DNA of 64,000 nucleotides from an uncultured Bacilli bacterium (GTDB lineage Bacteria; Bacillota_I; Bacilli_A; RFN20; CAG-288): NCBI GenBank assembly GCA_963544395.1, contig CAUUFA010000006.1, positions 37,997 to 101,996 of the forward strand, read 5' to 3'. Shown piece by piece: positions 61,199 to 64,000 of this stretch (position 1 is its first letter; each line of letters starts with the position of its first letter). The notes under the pieces were generated by a model. It saw only the letters and a program-made list of their open reading frames with translations, ran no database searches and was not told where the DNA came from. The position numbers and the translations under genes were made by a program.

Positions 61199-63748
61199 AT
61201 GGCTAATTTGAAGCTCGAACACATTTACAAGGTGTACCCCAACGGGACCAAGGCCGTCAATGATATCTCATTAGATATCAAGGATGGTGAGTTCATCGTC
61301 TTCGTCGGACCCTCCGGCTGCGGAAAGTCCACGACGCTGAGAATGATCGCTGGCCTTGAGGACATCACGGCCGGAGAACTCTACATCGATGCCGACATCG
61401 TCAACGATATGGAGCCGAAAGACAGGGATATCGCCATGGTTTTCCAGAACTATGCCCTTTATCCTCATATGACCGTCTACGAAAACCTCGCCTTCGGTCT
61501 GAAGCTGAGGCACATCCCGGATGATCAGATCCAGGAGAAGATCCTCTGGGCTGCCGATATCCTCGGCCTCAAGGAGTACCTCGACAGAAAGCCGAGAAAT
61601 ATGTCCGGCGGTCAGAGACAGAGAGTCGCCTTAGGAAGAGCGATCCTTCGCAACCCAAGAGTCATGCTTCTCGATGAGCCGCTCTCCAACCTCGATGCCA
61701 AGCTCAGAACCCAGATGAGAACCGAGATCGCCAAGCTCCATCAGCGGCTGAAGACAACTTTTATTTACGTCACTCACGATCAGACTGAAGCCATGACGTT
61801 AGGTAACCGTGTCGTCGTCATGAAATCCGGAAGAATCCAGCAGGTCGATACCCCGAAGAACCTTTATAACTTCCCGGCCAACCGCTTTGTCGCTGGCTTC
61901 ATCGGCACGCCGCAGATGAACTTCTTCGATGTTACTCTGCTTCGTGAAGAGGATACCGTCAAGATTCATTTCGCCATCAATCAGCAGGATATCGAAGTCC
62001 CTTACAACCAGCTCATCAAGGTCTTGCCTTCCTATCTCGACGGCAAGAAACCCATCACAATGGGTGTCCGCTGTGAGCATGTCAGGATTGTCGATGAGAA
62101 GGCCCCTGGTGCCATCAAGGTCAAAGTCTCCCACTTCGAGGAGTTAGGATCGGAAGCACTTATTTACGCCAGCCTCGATCTCAACGCTTCCTCGGTTGAT
62201 GCGAAGGACGGTCAGATCATCGCCAAGGTCAAAGAGGTCGGAGCCATCCAGCCGGATGAAGAGATTTATGTCGCTTGCGATATGGATGCCACCTATTACT
62301 TCGACAAGGAAACCGAGAACACTATCCTGCCGAGAATTCCAGAGTACAACTCTCTCACCGCTTCGATCCGCAACAACAAGCTGTTGGTCTTAGGTTCGAG
62401 CCTCAACCTTCCCGATGCCCTTTTGAGTGCCGATGTCCGCAATGCGGAGCTGAGAGTTCCTAATGACGCTTTCCTCATCGGACAGGCCGGCATCAAAGCC
62501 AAAGTGATCAAAGTCGAGCATATCGGCGATAAGAAATTAGCGCATCTCGAAGCGGATGGAAGAATTTTCTTCTCACTGGTGGATACCGATTACAACGAAG
62601 GGGCTGATCTTGATGTCGCTTTAGACTTCACCAGAGTCACCTTGATCTATCAGGGCCAGGAAATCTTCTCCCCGATCGGAGAGTTCGACTCTCTGGCCGC
62701 GAGCTTCTACAACTATCAGACCGTCATCGCCAAGAACGAAGATCCTAACTTTGTCCAGTTCCGTCAGGATAAGATCGACGCTGCGGCCAACTTCATGGAT
62801 GCCAAGATTGAGCTCGAGAATCGAAGCTACGAGACGACAAAGGCTGAATTAGCTTCCCGCAACCTCGATCAGGAAAGAGCCGATGCCGAGAAGAAGTTAG
62901 CGGAGCTCACCAGCAGGAACAACGCTGAGGTGGTAAGGATCAAGACTTCTTCCAAGGAAGAGCAGAAGAGACTCACCAGCGAGTTCAAAGCCGCTAAGGC
63001 GAAAGCCAAAGCGGAGAATGATGCCCTCTTTGCCGAAAAGAAGCGGAGAGAGGAAGCTGAGTTCAAAGCGTTCCGCGAGAACAACAAGGATAAGGATTCG
63101 CTCAAGAGAAGAAGCGACGAATACCATATCTTCAAGGACAGCTATCAGACCGAGAAGGAGAACACCCTCAACCTTCAGGTCAACGGACTCACGATGAATT
63201 TCGAGTCCAAGATCGCCGCCCTTAAAGCGCAGTCACGCCGTCAGATCGATCTTCTCAACAAGGAGATCAAGGATATGAAGGCCCAGGTTAAGGAGGCTAA
63301 TGATCCGCTGAAATCCCTCGAGAAGAAGCATGCGGAAGTCCTCTCTTCGCTGGAAGAGGAGAAAGAGAATGCCATGCGGAGAGCTGGCATGGTCTTCTTC
63401 TTCCAGTTTGCCGGCGGCTACTATTCCATGGCGACAGATATCATCTCCAACAAGCTCATCCAGGGTCTTGGCACCCGCGTCTTCTCCAAGGAGTTCCGCG
63501 TCGATATGCCTCACGATGCCTATGTCGAATCCACCAAGAGCAACGCCTTCACCCTCACGGTGGAGGGGAACCTCGATTATGGCAACGTCTACTTCATCCG
63601 TTGCAAATATACGGATGACACAGGAAACGAACAATTCGTCTTCCTGAAATCGGATCGGGAAAGAAAGATCGGCGAGCAGATCCGCATCGATTTCCAGATC
63701 GCCAAATCTCAGATCACCGAGACCGAGATGAACATCCGTCTGTATTAA
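61199..63748 (+). CDS. MalK/MsmX-type sugar ABC ATPase with a roughly 480-aa C-terminal extension
   Basis: The N-terminal part of about 370 aa is canonical (GPSGCGKST, LSGGQRQR, LLDEPLSNLD and a TOBE-like domain). It is followed by an extra beta-rich domain, a Lys/Glu-rich coiled-coil-like stretch and a terminal TOBE-like segment. Confidence 0.88.
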   Translation: MANLKLEHIYKVYPNGTKAVNDISLDIKDGEFIVFVGPSGCGKSTTLRMIAGLEDITAGELYIDADIVNDMEPKDRDIAMVFQNYALYPHMTVYENLAFGLKLRHIPDDQIQEKILWAADILGLKEYLDRKPRNMSGGQRQRVALGRAILRNPRVMLLDEPLSNLDAKLRTQMRTEIAKLHQRLKTTFIYVTHDQTEAMTLGNRVVVMKSGRIQQVDTPKNLYNFPANRFVAGFIGTPQMNFFDVTLLREEDTVKIHFAINQQDIEVPYNQLIKVLPSYLDGKKPITMGVRCEHVRIVDEKAPGAIKVKVSHFEELGSEALIYASLDLNASSVDAKDGQIIAKVKEVGAIQPDEEIYVACDMDATYYFDKETENTILPRIPEYNSLTASIRNNKLLVLGSSLNLPDALLSADVRNAELRVPNDAFLIGQAGIKAKVIKVEHIGDKKLAHLEADGRIFFSLVDTDYNEGADLDVALDFTRVTLIYQGQEIFSPIGEFDSLAASFYNYQTVIAKNEDPNFVQFRQDKIDAAANFMDAKIELENRSYETTKAELASRNLDQERADAEKKLAELTSRNNAEVVRIKTSSKEEQKRLTSEFKAAKAKAKAENDALFAEKKRREEAEFKAFRENNKDKDSLKRRSDEYHIFKDSYQTEKENTLNLQVNGLTMNFESKIAALKAQSRRQIDLLNKEIKDMKAQVKEANDPLKSLEKKHAEVLSSLEEEKENAMRRAGMVFFFQFAGGYYSMATDIISNKLIQGLGTRVFSKEFRVDMPHDAYVESTKSNAFTLTVEGNLDYGNVYFIRCKYTDDTGNEQFVFLKSDRERKIGEQIRIDFQIAKSQITETEMNIRLY

Positions 63749-63760
63749 GGGAGGATCGTC

Positions 63761-64000
63761 ATGAAGAAAAAATGGTTCAGCCTTTTGCTTCCTTGCCTCC
63801 TTCTTGCTAGCTGCGGAAATAACAACCCTCAGCGTGTGATTCAGGAATCCCGCAGCGCTGTCGATGCTCTCGCTGTTCCCTCAGCGAGCGCCAAATATTC
63901 TCTGACGGTCTCTGGACATATCGTCCAGTTCTCCGAGTTCAGGAAACCGAGCGCGAACTACGCTGTTCCCGAAGGAACCCTCGATGCTTTCGGAAGCTCT
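63761..64000 (+). CDS. Lipoprotein, N-terminal fragment (continues beyond the window)
   Basis: MKKKWFSLLLPCLLLASCGNNN is a lipobox signal peptide. It follows an AAGGGAGGA RBS, and the frame is open to the window end. Confidence 0.6.
   Translation, partial: MKKKWFSLLLPCLLLASCGNNNPQRVIQESRSAVDALAVPSASAKYSLTVSGHIVQFSEFRKPSANYAVPEGTLDAFGSS

Noticed and set aside
1-64000. Search for CRISPR arrays, rRNA genes, IS elements, transposases, integrases, retron or group II intron RT, and restriction-modification genes
   Set aside because: No regularly spaced direct repeats, no rRNA-like sequence, and no ORF with DDE, tyrosine or serine recombinase, RT or methyltransferase motifs was seen in any frame.

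Overview
This is a 64-kb chromosomal window from a Bacillota/Mycoplasmatota-like bacterium. Supporting signs are an RNA polymerase delta subunit gene, many lipobox lipoproteins, an extended MalK-type ATPase, and TGA used as a stop codon. Most of the window is housekeeping: a sigH-like gene, glycosyltransferases, M3B and M32 peptidases, a TetR plus ABC exporter set, pnp, ychF, ispF, argS, rpoE, nrnA, a cysQ-like gene, a 5'-nucleotidase, ispD, pgi, metK, a PLP decarboxylase, hpf, and a complete maltodextrin operon (malQ, binding lipoprotein, two permeases, GH13 amylase, long MalK). A five-tRNA operon (Val-Tyr-Gln-Lys-Leu, all with encoded CCA) ends at 27263. It is followed immediately by an AT-rich accessory island of about 8.7 kb (about 27264-35930) with no recognisable recombinase. 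The island is the most interesting part and has five notable elements. (1) A lipoprotein/3-TM/SAP-like/classic-clade AAA+ ATPase fusion sits just upstream of a DUF4177 mini-protein. (2) A repeat-dense operator/terminator region follows. (3) Three mutually overlapping regulator-like genes come next: an AbiEi/DUF6088-like wHTH protein and two tandem paralogs, the second carrying an XRE HTH. (4) A secreted 773-aa protein has two putative papain-like Cys/His domains and is coupled by a TAATG overlap to a small lipoprotein, which looks like an effector/immunity pair. (5) Two frameshifted genes lie at the distal edge. Outside the island, features worth a second look include an RNase III-domain-only protein with a substituted catalytic Asp, a 1319-aa membrane-anchored protein built from about five roughly 225-250-aa modules, an unannotated 43-aa Lys-rich protein gene with a consensus promoter, a 648-bp AT-rich spacer with LacI/cre-like operators, and a roughly 480-aa extension on MalK. 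I saw no CRISPR array, transposase, integrase or rRNA. All functional calls come from motif recognition by eye, and no database searches were run.
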